Source: Candidatus Dormiibacterota bacterium
GTDB taxonomy: Bacteria; Chloroflexota; Dormibacteria; Aeolococcales; Aeolococcaceae
DNA length: 64,000 nucleotides
Assembly (NCBI GenBank): GCA_963709585.1
Contig: CAVPXI010000015.1
Location: forward strand, 96,001-160,000
Direction: 5' to 3'
Part shown: piece by piece, positions 20,669 to 29,530 of the stretch
Layout: the number at the start of each line of letters is the position of its first letter
Position numbering within the stretch: the stretch's first letter is position 1
Notes under the pieces: model-generated
What the model was told of the DNA's origin: nothing
The model's database searches: none
What the model saw: only the letters and a program-made list of their open reading frames with translations
Made by a program: the position numbers and the translations under genes

Positions 20669-21909
20669 ATGACAAGCGCCGGGACCGTGATCATCGGAGC
20701 TGGGCTGTGTGGCGGCAACGCGGCCGCGACACTGCGCGAGGAGGGTTATCAGGAGCGCGTGGTGCTGGTCGGCGATGAGCCTGTTGCGCCGTTCGGACGA
20801 CCGCCACTTTCGAAGACGTACCTCCGCGGCGAAGAGGACTGGACCGCATGGTTGGTGAAGCCTCCAGACTGGTACGCGCAGCACAACGTCGAGCGCTTGC
20901 ACGCACGCGTCGAGTTGATTGATGTGCAAGCGCGCGAAATCGTGCTCGAGACTTCACGTCAGCGCATCGCGTTCGACCGGCTGCTGCTAGCGACCGGCGG
21001 TCGCAATCGGGGCTTGTCAGTCCCCGGCGCCACCCTCCCCGGGGTCCTCGGACTGCGCACGCTTGCCGACTGCAACGCAATCAAGGAGGCGGCGGTGCCC
21101 GGCAGCCACGTGGTCGTGGTCGGGATGGGCTTCATCGGCAGCGAGGTCGCCGCATCCCTTCGCCAGCTGGGCGTCAGCGTGACAGCTGTGCTTGGGGGCG
21201 TCGGCCCCTTGGCGGGTGTGCTCGGCGACCAGGTCGGCTCGGTGATGGCCGCCATCCATCAAGAGAAGGGCGTGGAACTGCTCCTCGATGATCGTGTCGT
21301 CGCGTTCACCGGAGACGCGCGCGTGGAACACGTCGTGACCAGTCGGGGCGCGACACTACCCTGCGATTTCGCAGTGACGGGGACCGGCATCGAACCCACC
21401 GTCGAGCTCGCCCGCACGAGCGGCATCCCCATCGATAACGGGGTCATCGTCGATGAGCGATGCCGAACCGACGCTGCGGACGTCTACGCGGCGGGTGACG
21501 TGGCAAACCATCTGCATCCAATATTCGGTCGCATACGCGTTGAGCACTTCAATAACGCCGAGCGCCAGGGGCGGGCTGCGGCGCGCTCCATGCTTGGGAG
21601 CGCGGAACCCTACGCGGACCTGCATTCCTTCTGGTCGGACCAATACGAGCATGCGCTTGAATACGTTGGGCACGCACCACGCTGGGATCAGTTCGTGGTT
21701 CGCGGGAGCCTCGAGCAGCGCCGGTTCCTCGGCTTCTACCTCGGCGAGGGCCGGGTAATGGCGGTGATGGGTCTGAACCGCGGCGGCGACCCGGAATTGG
21801 ACGAGGGCGGCGAGCTCTTCGCCGCCAAGGCCCTCGTCGGCAGCCGGCCGAGGTCTCGCCGGCCACGTTGGAAGACGAGAGGACCGACCTGAGCGCCTTG
21901 CGTGCCTGA
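20669..21909 (+). CDS. FAD-dependent NAD(P)H:ferredoxin reductase family oxidoreductase (probable frameshift at about 21850)
   Basis: IIGAG, RPPLSK, ATGG, VGMGFIGSE, YAAGDVA, FWSDQY; alternative frame gives a typical C-terminus LEDERTDLSAL. Confidence 0.88.
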
Positions 21910-21939
21910 AGCGCATGACGTGCGACGCTTGACGAGCCG

Positions 21940-22362
21940 ATGAACCCCGCACCTGCCGTCCTGCGTGTCTGCCGGCGTGAATCCTTCGACGCGGCGCACC
22001 AGCTCTGCGACCCCCGGCTCTCCGCGGAGGAGAACCGCGCTCTCTATGGCAAGTGCGTCAATCTGCACGGCCATCGCTACCAGCTCGAGGTGATCGTCGC
22101 CGGCAATATGGACGACGCATCGGGCTACGTCGTCGACCTCAAGCAGCTCGCTGATGTCATCAAGGCCGAGATCATCCAGCACGTCGACCACCACAACCTC
22201 AACACCGACGTAACCTGGCTCGACGGGCGGATTCCCACCGCGGAGAACCTCGCCGTGGTGTTCTTCGAACGACTGCGGCCGCGCATCACACGCGGCACCC
22301 TGCACACCGTCCGGGTGTGGGAGACGGAGAAGAACTGGGCTGAGTGCACCCGCGGCGACTGA
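21940..22362 (+). CDS. queD: 6-pyruvoyl/6-carboxy-tetrahydropterin synthase (PTPS/QueD family)
   Basis: FDAAH, GKCVNLHGHRY, DHHNLN, PTAENLA, VWETE. Confidence 0.9.
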   Translation: MNPAPAVLRVCRRESFDAAHQLCDPRLSAEENRALYGKCVNLHGHRYQLEVIVAGNMDDASGYVVDLKQLADVIKAEIIQHVDHHNLNTDVTWLDGRIPTAENLAVVFFERLRPRITRGTLHTVRVWETEKNWAECTRGD

Positions 22363-22367
22363 CACCG

Positions 22368-23135
22368 ATGGAGACCCTGCGGCGTACCACCGAGTTGACC
22401 CAACGCTACAGCGCCGAGGATGTGCGCGTCTTGTCGTCCGCGGAGCGAGCCCGGTTCCTGCCGGGTGGAATCCCGGACGTGCCTATCGACCGATCGCTCT
22501 CGTTCGAGCTGCTCTACCGGCTCGAACCCGAACTGTACGAGCGGCTGGTGGCAGCCGAGCGCATTCATCCCGCGGTGCTCGACTGGCTCCCCCACGTCGA
22601 TCGAGTAGTGGAGATTGGCGCCGGTACGGGGCGTCTCACCACCCATCTGCTGCCGCGTTGCGCGTACATCGTGGCGGTGGAACCCGCGCGGCGGATGCGC
22701 GAACGTCTTCGCACAGCCTTGTCCTCGGAGCCATCGGGAAAGATCGACATCGTCGATGGCTTCTTCGACGCGCTGCCGGTGCCTGACGCCTCAGCCGATC
22801 TGGTGGCGACCTGCTCAGCGCTCGAGCGCGACGCCGCCCATGGGGGAAACACCGGACTCGCCGAAATGGAGCGGGTGTGTGCGCCCGGCGGTGTGATGGT
22901 TGTGGTGTGGCCCAACCACCTCGACTGGCTCGCCGCTCACGGATACACGCACGTGAGCTTTCCGGGCCCCATGTGGATGGAATTCCAGGACACGGATGAA
23001 GCGATCGAGATGGCGGAGATCTTCTTTCCGCACGCGGCCGACGAGGTCCGTGCTCGCGGCAAGGCGCGCATCCCATACGACGTGCTCGGCGTCAACCCAC
23101 CCCGTGACCTCGCGTTCAAGGTGAACCGGCGTTGA
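22368..23135 (+). CDS. Class I SAM-dependent methyltransferase
   Basis: VVEIGAGTG, VAVEP, LPVPDASADL, EMERV..PGG. Confidence 0.85.
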   Translation: METLRRTTELTQRYSAEDVRVLSSAERARFLPGGIPDVPIDRSLSFELLYRLEPELYERLVAAERIHPAVLDWLPHVDRVVEIGAGTGRLTTHLLPRCAYIVAVEPARRMRERLRTALSSEPSGKIDIVDGFFDALPVPDASADLVATCSALERDAAHGGNTGLAEMERVCAPGGVMVVVWPNHLDWLAAHGYTHVSFPGPMWMEFQDTDEAIEMAEIFFPHAADEVRARGKARIPYDVLGVNPPRDLAFKVNRR

Positions 23136-24223
23136 GGCTCGCACTCATCGCGTCGCTTGTGTCGCCGATTCGCGAACCCCAGTGCGGCGGAGCGCAGGCG
23201 TTTCTTGCCGACCTCGCCACCGGCCTGGCCACCCGTGGCCATGAGGTCGATGTCTTCGCCGCATCCGGTTCAGAGATCGACGGGGCTCGCGTTGTCGATG
23301 TGGGAGTCGACGCATCCACCTTGCACGAGTTCCTCTACCGCGCGGGCACGTCCCCGCCGATCGATCCGGCGCGGTTCGTGGCCGCCTATGCGCGAGTTTT
23401 CGAAGCCCTCGGCGAGCGGTCCTATGACCTGGTGCATAACCACGCATTCGACGCTCCCGCGATTCAGCGCGCGGTCGGCGTCGCATCACCGGTGATCCAT
23501 ACGCTGCACCTTCCCCCCGAGGGCTCCGTCGTTGACGCGCTTCGCGACGCGTCGCGAGCGGCCAACGCACCCGTGATCGCCACCGTCTCGGCCGCACAGG
23601 CTGACGCCTGGCGACGCTTCGTCGACATCGACACCGTCCTCCCGGTCGGCGTCGTCACGGCTCGGGTCCCGTGGTCAGCGACCCCGGGAGGCGGCGCCAT
23701 ATTCGCTGGCCGCTTCAGCTCCGAGAAGGGAGCCATCGACGCGATCGCCATCGCGCGGCGCGCGCGGATGTCGATCGACCTGTACGGCGATGCCTATGAC
23801 GGCGGCTACACCGAGCGCGCGGTGGACGCCATCAGCGACCGGTCCGACGTGAGCGTTCATCCCGCGGTGCCAAGGGCAAGGCTCTGGCGGGTCATCGCCG
23901 GCGCCGCGGTGGTGCTGTGCCCCGCGAACTGGGACGAGCCGTTTGGCCTGGTTGCCGCTGAGGCGCAGGCGTGCGCCACCCCGGTGATCGCGTATCGGCG
24001 CGGTGGGCTCCAGGACATCGTCGTCGACGGGGTCACCGGCTTCCTGGTCGCTCCCGGGGATATTGAGGCTGCGACCGCAGCGTTCGGCCGCCTCGGTGAG
24101 CTCGACCGTACCGCCTGCCGCCGGCACGCGGAAGCGCACCTCGATATCGAGGCAGTGCTCGACGCCCACGAGCGCGTGTACCGCGGCGTCCTCACATCGA
24201 CACTCGCGACCGCGCATGGCTGA
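23132..24223 (+). CDS. Glycosyltransferase family 4 (GT-B)
   Basis: GGAQ...GHEVDVFA, AGRFSSEKG, EPFGLVAAEAQAC.TPV; 4-nt overlap with the methyltransferase. Confidence 0.9.
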   Translation: MRLALIASLVSPIREPQCGGAQAFLADLATGLATRGHEVDVFAASGSEIDGARVVDVGVDASTLHEFLYRAGTSPPIDPARFVAAYARVFEALGERSYDLVHNHAFDAPAIQRAVGVASPVIHTLHLPPEGSVVDALRDASRAANAPVIATVSAAQADAWRRFVDIDTVLPVGVVTARVPWSATPGGGAIFAGRFSSEKGAIDAIAIARRARMSIDLYGDAYDGGYTERAVDAISDRSDVSVHPAVPRARLWRVIAGAAVVLCPANWDEPFGLVAAEAQACATPVIAYRRGGLQDIVVDGVTGFLVAPGDIEAATAAFGRLGELDRTACRRHAEAHLDIEAVLDAHERVYRGVLTSTLATAHG

Positions 24224-24941
24224 TCGCGCACACTGGCTCGCTGGTCGGGTCGCCGTGGTCACCGGCGCGAGCCGCGGGATTGGTCGCGCCACCGCAGTGT
24301 CGATTGCGCGCGAGGGCGCGCATGTCGTCGTCGCCGCGCGAGGTACCGCCGCCCTCGACGCAACCGTCGCGGTGATTCGCGGCGCGGGCGGTGCTGCGAC
24401 CGCCGTTCCCACCGACGTCGGCAACGCCCGCGATATCGCCGAGCTGTTCAGCGTCGCGTCACGGATCGGGCCACCCGTCGCGCTGGTGTGCGCCGCCGCA
24501 ACCCTGGAGCGCGAGCCGTTCGACGAGACCAGTCTGGCTTCCTGGGAGCACACGATCGGTGTCAACCTCACGGGCGTCTTCAACTGTTGCCGCGCCGCGT
24601 TCACGCTGATGCGCAGCGCCGGCGAGGGCCGCATCGTCAACATCGCTTCGCTGTCAGGCGTGTATGCGACCGAGAAGTTCCCCGGTCTTGTCGCGTACAA
24701 CGCGTCGAAGTACGGCGTGATCGGGCTCACCGAGGGAATCGCCGTCGAGGGCAGGGCGTTCGGTATCACTGCCATCTCGGTGAGCCCGGGCGCGGTGGAC
24801 ACCGATATGCTCCGCCGGGCAAATCCCTCGCTCCGCGCGAACCTGATCCCCGATGAGGTTGCGGCGCTGATCGTCGCTCTGCTGGACAGCCCGCTCAGTG
24901 TCGCCAGCGGCGCCAACATTCCCCTCTTCTCGAACGCCTGA
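24216..24941 (+). CDS. Short-chain dehydrogenase/reductase (SDR)
   Basis: TGASRGIG, IVNIAS, YNASK, SPGAVDT; overlaps the GT4 stop. Confidence 0.92.
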   Translation: MADRAHWLAGRVAVVTGASRGIGRATAVSIAREGAHVVVAARGTAALDATVAVIRGAGGAATAVPTDVGNARDIAELFSVASRIGPPVALVCAAATLEREPFDETSLASWEHTIGVNLTGVFNCCRAAFTLMRSAGEGRIVNIASLSGVYATEKFPGLVAYNASKYGVIGLTEGIAVEGRAFGITAISVSPGAVDTDMLRRANPSLRANLIPDEVAALIVALLDSPLSVASGANIPLFSNA

Positions 24942-24975
24942 CCCGGATCCGGCCGGGAGCCCCACCCTGGCTTCG

Positions 24976-25164
24976 TCAGGGCCGCGGCAGGTGCTGGAGA
25001 GCGTGTTCCAGGCGCCTCAGACTGTCCGCTCGATGCGCCGCTTCATCTATCGCACGCATCAGCTGCACGCGCGTGGGATAGCGAAACAGATCGAGATCCT
25101 CGTGTAGGTCGGCAAGCCACTGCCGGGCCCGCTGCTGTTCTGCCGGCGAGAGCAGTACTTTCAT
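24976..25164 (-). CDS. Small helical hypothetical protein
   Basis: ATG preceded by GAGGGG; plausible amphipathic composition; fills an intergenic gap. Confidence 0.4.
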   Translation of the reverse strand: MKVLLSPAEQQRARQWLADLHEDLDLFRYPTRVQLMRAIDEAAHRADSLRRLEHALQHLPRP

Positions 25165-25239
25165 CCCCTCAGTCCCCCAACCTCCCTGAGCCACTAGGAT
25201 AGCGGTTGACGCGATCGAAGTCTATCGGGGCGGCTGAGG

Positions 25240-26635
25240 CTACTCTCGGATCGCCGCAACCGCGCGGCGGATCGCCGCAAGCGAACGGCGGATGTCCTCG
25301 TCGTCCGTGGACCAATTGCTGACGGAGACGCGCAACACATCCTGTGCGTGCCAGCGCGATCCCGACATCCAGGCGGTGCCATCGGCGATCAGGCGCTCGG
25401 TCACCGCGCGCGTGCGAGTGTCATCGCCAAAAACCACACACACCTGCGTGTAGTCGACGTCATTGACGACGCGCGCCCCCTCAATGGCTGCGATACCCTC
25501 GGCCATGGCGCGGGCGTGGTTGACGAGCCCGTCGATCAGCTCAACGACGCCAGTTCGCCCCAGTGACCGGAGCGCCGCCCAAACGGGGACACCACGGGCC
25601 CGCCGGGAAAACTCGGGCACCTTCTCATGCGGATCGCCCGGCCCGGACTTGTCGGCCATCAGGTAGCTGGCGGCGGGTCCCGAATGCCGAACGCATCGCC
25701 TCACGATCCGCGACGATCGCTATCCCGCAGTCGTATGGAACATTGAGCGTCTTGTGTGCATCTGTCGCCCACGAGTTGGCCAGGGCGAGCCCGGAGACCA
25801 GATGACGCAGCGCTGGCGAAACTGCCGCCCACAGGCCGAACGCCCCGTCCACGTGCACCCATGCGCCATGCGGATGGGCAACCTGGATCGCCTCGGCCAG
25901 GGGGTCGAAGGCACCCGAGTGGACGTTCCCGGCCTGCAAACACACGATTGACGGGCTGCGCGGATCCAATTCCTTGAGCGCCTCAGCGAGGGCTTCGACC
26001 CTGATGCGTCCTTGGTCATCGACTGCGACCGGCTGTGGTTCGCCGAGACCAAGGTATCTCAGCGCGAGGTCGACCGTCTCGTGGCGCTCGGCGCCGACGA
26101 TGACGCGGATCCGAGGCGCTCCAGCAAGTCCCTCACGCATCAAATCCCACCCAACGCGCGACAGCACTGATGATCGCGCTGCAGCAAGACCCGTGAAGTT
26201 GGCCATCGTCGCACCTGTCACGAAGCCGACGTCAGCGCTCGCCGGGAGCCCGAAGAGATCGAGCAACCAGGCCGCGGCAGACTCTTCCGCGGCAACGGTT
26301 GCCGGGGTCGCGTAGCGTATCGCCGTGTTCTGATCCCATGCGCTGACCAGCCAATCGGCGGCGAGCGCGGCCGGCAACGTGCCACCAATCACCCAGCCAA
26401 AGAAGCGGCCCGACTGCATCGCCATGAGCCCCGGCTCGGCGAGCTTCGCCATCAAATCGATCACCTCCTCCGGCGGCGTGGATTGCTCAGGCAGCGGGCC
26501 GCCGAACCCGGCAAGCAGCTGGTCAGCTGTTACTCCGGGTCCAACCGGGCGAACGCCGACCGAGGCGAGCCACACCCGGGCATGCTCAGCAGCTCGAGCC
26601 AGCGCCTCATCGTACAAACCGTCCCGACCCGACAT
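25240..26635 (-). CDS. Group II PLP-dependent decarboxylase (aromatic amino acid decarboxylase-like), frameshifted at about 25678
   Basis: FVTGATMAN, WVHVDGAFG, DAHKTLNVPYDCG; second frame has PEFSRRARG and LRVSVSNW. Confidence 0.88.
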
Positions 26636-26697
26636 GTTCAGTCCTCCGTAAAGGTGCAGCGTGCGCGTCTGCGCGGTGATGCTAGTGTCATGCCGCC

Positions 26698-27273
26698 GTG
26701 CGCTTCGCAGTTCGCACCCTTCGGCTCGCGCTCCTTTTCCTGATCTTCAGCGTCGCGAGCCTCGCCGGGTGCCGCTCGGTGGTGTCAACTACCGGGGGAA
26801 CAATGTCAGCCGCGACCGCCATCTCGTCCACCCCCCAGGTGCCTCGGCCGTGCTCGTTTCTGACTCAGGCGATTGCCGCCCGGACTAGCGGCGACCCGGC
26901 AGTTACGAACCAGGCTATGAACGTGACCGAGACGGAATCCGGGTACGTCGCGTGCATCTTTGCCGATACCCAGGATGAAGCCAACAGCGTGGAGGTGCAA
27001 ATCAAGAGGGTGCCGGGCGGCGTCGACCCCTCAAGGTTGCGGGGAGCCGCGACCTTCTTCTCACTTGGAGAACCGGTTCGACCGTTTCAACCCTTCACGG
27101 TGCAACGCGTCGGCGGCGGGGCACTGGGCGAGACCACACCGGGCGTAGCCTTCATCGTGTTCTCCGTGAGCGACCTCTTGATCTACGTCGGCGGCGATTC
27201 CGCGTCTGCGAGTGCCGCGTCCTTGCGTGTCAGCGTCGAAGACCTCGCACAAGAGGTAGCTGCATCGTTGTAG
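26698..27273 (+). CDS. Putative lipoprotein
   Basis: Basic N-terminus, hydrophobic core, LAGC lipobox; paired Cys (PCS..., ACIF). Confidence 0.6.
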   Translation: MRFAVRTLRLALLFLIFSVASLAGCRSVVSTTGGTMSAATAISSTPQVPRPCSFLTQAIAARTSGDPAVTNQAMNVTETESGYVACIFADTQDEANSVEVQIKRVPGGVDPSRLRGAATFFSLGEPVRPFQPFTVQRVGGGALGETTPGVAFIVFSVSDLLIYVGGDSASASAASLRVSVEDLAQEVAASL

Positions 27274-27294
27274 GAAGAGAAGTTCGCCGCAGGT

Positions 27295-27540
27295 TCACGC
27301 AAGCCACGTCAGCCGGTCATCTCGGTCGGTTGCGTGAGCCCACCGAAGCACTTCGGTCCATTCCCACATCGGCGACCCTGACTGCGTCGCGGCTGGGTCA
27401 GGCAGGAGACCTCTCTTGTGCCACAATCGAATGGTGGCCTCCGGGTAGCCGAGCCTGTCCGAGATTTCCCGCATGCCCACGCCGTCCCGGAACCGCTTCA
27501 CATCGAAAGTATGGGTTCGTACGATCGCCGCCGGCCACAA
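27295..27540 (-). CDS. Small MerR/AlpA-like HTH DNA-binding protein
   Basis: VGMREISDRLGYPEATIRLWHKRGLLPDP...PMWEW.EV.RWA; start uncertain. Confidence 0.7.
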   Translation of the reverse strand: MWPAAIVRTHTFDVKRFRDGVGMREISDRLGYPEATIRLWHKRGLLPDPAATQSGSPMWEWTEVLRWAHATDRDDRLTWLA

Positions 27541-27555
27541 CCGCGTCGCCCTGCG

Positions 27556-29307
27556 CTACGTCTGGAATTGACTCGCGCTCGTGTATTGGGTGGACGCGCC
27601 GTCCAGTGTCTTTGTCACCGACGTGACGCTCGCGTGGCGCACCGCCGCGCGTGCCGTCTGAGGGGCATCGGCTGGGCTGCCCAGCTCGAACCAGAAGCTC
27701 GATCCGCTGCCGACGGCGGACTCGACGCCGATCGCACCGCCCATCGACTCGATGATGCGACGGTAGAGCGCTAGACCCAGCCCGGTCCCGGCGACCCCCG
27801 TCCGCTCCGCACCGAGGCGGTCGAATGGCTGGAAGAGCCGCGGGAGGAGCTCGGCCGCAATCCCGGGGCCGGAATCGGCGACGGTGACCCGGGTGCGGGC
27901 GCCGGTCACGGGCCGGATGCTGATGGATACCGCGCCGTCGACCGCAGAGTACTTGATGGCATTCGTCAGCAGGTTGATGAGCGCCTGCCGCAGCCGGAAG
28001 CGGTCCGCGCTGACGGACGCCGACGATTCCTCGACGCCGATCGTCCTGATGACGATGCCTCGCCGCCGCGCCTCGATGGCGACGAGCTCAAGGGCCTCCG
28101 CGATCACAGCCTGCAGCGGCACCTGCTCGATGTGAAGAGCCTGCCTGCCCGAGTTGATGTGCGAGATGTCGAGAATATCCTCGACGAGGGCCAGCAGATG
28201 CTCGGAGGCGCGGGTGAGCGCGTCGAGCTTGGCCAGCTGCGGCTCCCTGGTCTCGTCCAGCAGCAGGAGGTCCGCGTACCCGATGATCGCGGTCAGGGGC
28301 GTGCGCAGCTCGTGGCTGACCCGCGACAGGAACTCCGTCTTGGCCTGGTTGCTCGCCCGCAACTCGGCGGTCCTCGCCTCTACCTGCGCTTCCAGGTCCA
28401 CGGTCAGGTACTCGAGCGCACGGCGCGCGGCTCGCGCCTGGTCGGTCACCGCCGCAAGCACGAGGGCGATCAGCGCCACGCAGCCGTTGAATGTCTGCAG
28501 CGCCATCAGCGAGCCGGTCACCGACAGCGACGCCACGTAGGGCCCGCCGCCACGGACGGTGGCCGCGATGGCGATGCTCGAGACGATCACGACGGCGGTG
28601 GCCGCCCCCAGCCGCGAGAACCGCAGGGCCGCCCAGATGACCGGTGGAAAGATGAGGTATGTGACCGGGAAGTGGCTGATGAAAGCCCCGGCCGACGCGC
28701 CAGCCAGGACGAGCAAGAGGACCGCGGCCTCGAGCCCCTGCGCCCGGGTAGGGCGATGCCATGAACGGGTGGTGGCGACGAGCAGCAGGAATGGCGCGAA
28801 GAGCACCACACCCATCGAGTCGCCGATCCACCAGGTGGTCCAGGTGGCGCCGTAATCAGCCGGCGACATCCCGCCAGTGACGAGGAGCGCCAACGTCCCC
28901 TGCGTCGCCGAGATGGTCATCCCCACCAGCCCGGCCACTACAAGGGCGGTGACGTCGCGCACCCGAGCCAGGTCGCGCCGCATCGCCAGCACATGGGTGA
29001 GCAGGAGGCACGCAATAAGTGGCGCGAGCGTGTTGCCGACGGAGATCAGGAGGGCGGCCTCGATCCCGGCGCCGTTGGTGAGGTTCGCCAGGAATGCCCC
29101 CATTGCCACGCCGGGCAGCGCCCGCACGCCGAAGAGGAGCAGGGCGGCGACGGCGATGCCGGTCGGCGGCCAGACGGCGGTGACGTTGCGGTTGGCGAAG
29201 GCGAGCTGCAGCCCCAGCCGAGCCCCGATCAGGTATGCCACCGCGACGGCGGCAACCAGCAGGAGGCCCGATCCGGCGGCCCGCCCGCCCCCGTTCCGAG
29301 GCGCCAT
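27556..29307 (-). CDS. MASE1-domain sensor histidine kinase
   Basis: VWPPTG, WWIGD.MG (MASE1); SHELRTPL, NLLTNAIKY, DSGPG, GTGLGL boxes. Confidence 0.92.
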   Translation of the reverse strand: MAPRNGGGRAAGSGLLLVAAVAVAYLIGARLGLQLAFANRNVTAVWPPTGIAVAALLLFGVRALPGVAMGAFLANLTNGAGIEAALLISVGNTLAPLIACLLLTHVLAMRRDLARVRDVTALVVAGLVGMTISATQGTLALLVTGGMSPADYGATWTTWWIGDSMGVVLFAPFLLLVATTRSWHRPTRAQGLEAAVLLLVLAGASAGAFISHFPVTYLIFPPVIWAALRFSRLGAATAVVIVSSIAIAATVRGGGPYVASLSVTGSLMALQTFNGCVALIALVLAAVTDQARAARRALEYLTVDLEAQVEARTAELRASNQAKTEFLSRVSHELRTPLTAIIGYADLLLLDETREPQLAKLDALTRASEHLLALVEDILDISHINSGRQALHIEQVPLQAVIAEALELVAIEARRRGIVIRTIGVEESSASVSADRFRLRQALINLLTNAIKYSAVDGAVSISIRPVTGARTRVTVADSGPGIAAELLPRLFQPFDRLGAERTGVAGTGLGLALYRRIIESMGGAIGVESAVGSGSSFWFELGSPADAPQTARAAVRHASVTSVTKTLDGASTQYTSASQFQT

Positions 29308-29530
29308 GCCGGTAGTCTGCCGCCCTTCCCGACGCCGGGGATCGCCTGCCACGGGACTGCGACAACCGGCGCCGATCGCGGCGTTGAGCGCCTGAGCCGA
29401 TGCCGACTGACTCAATCCGATCACGCGTGTCACGAACTCCGCTCTCGGTACGGTGGCGGACAGACCCAACGCTCCAACCGCAACACAGTGACCGAGAGGG
29501 GCGCTCCGACCGTCACGAGGTGCACCCACC

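Noticed and set aside
27295-27540. Prophage/ICE excisionase marking a mobile element
   Set aside because: No integrase, att repeats or phage genes nearby.
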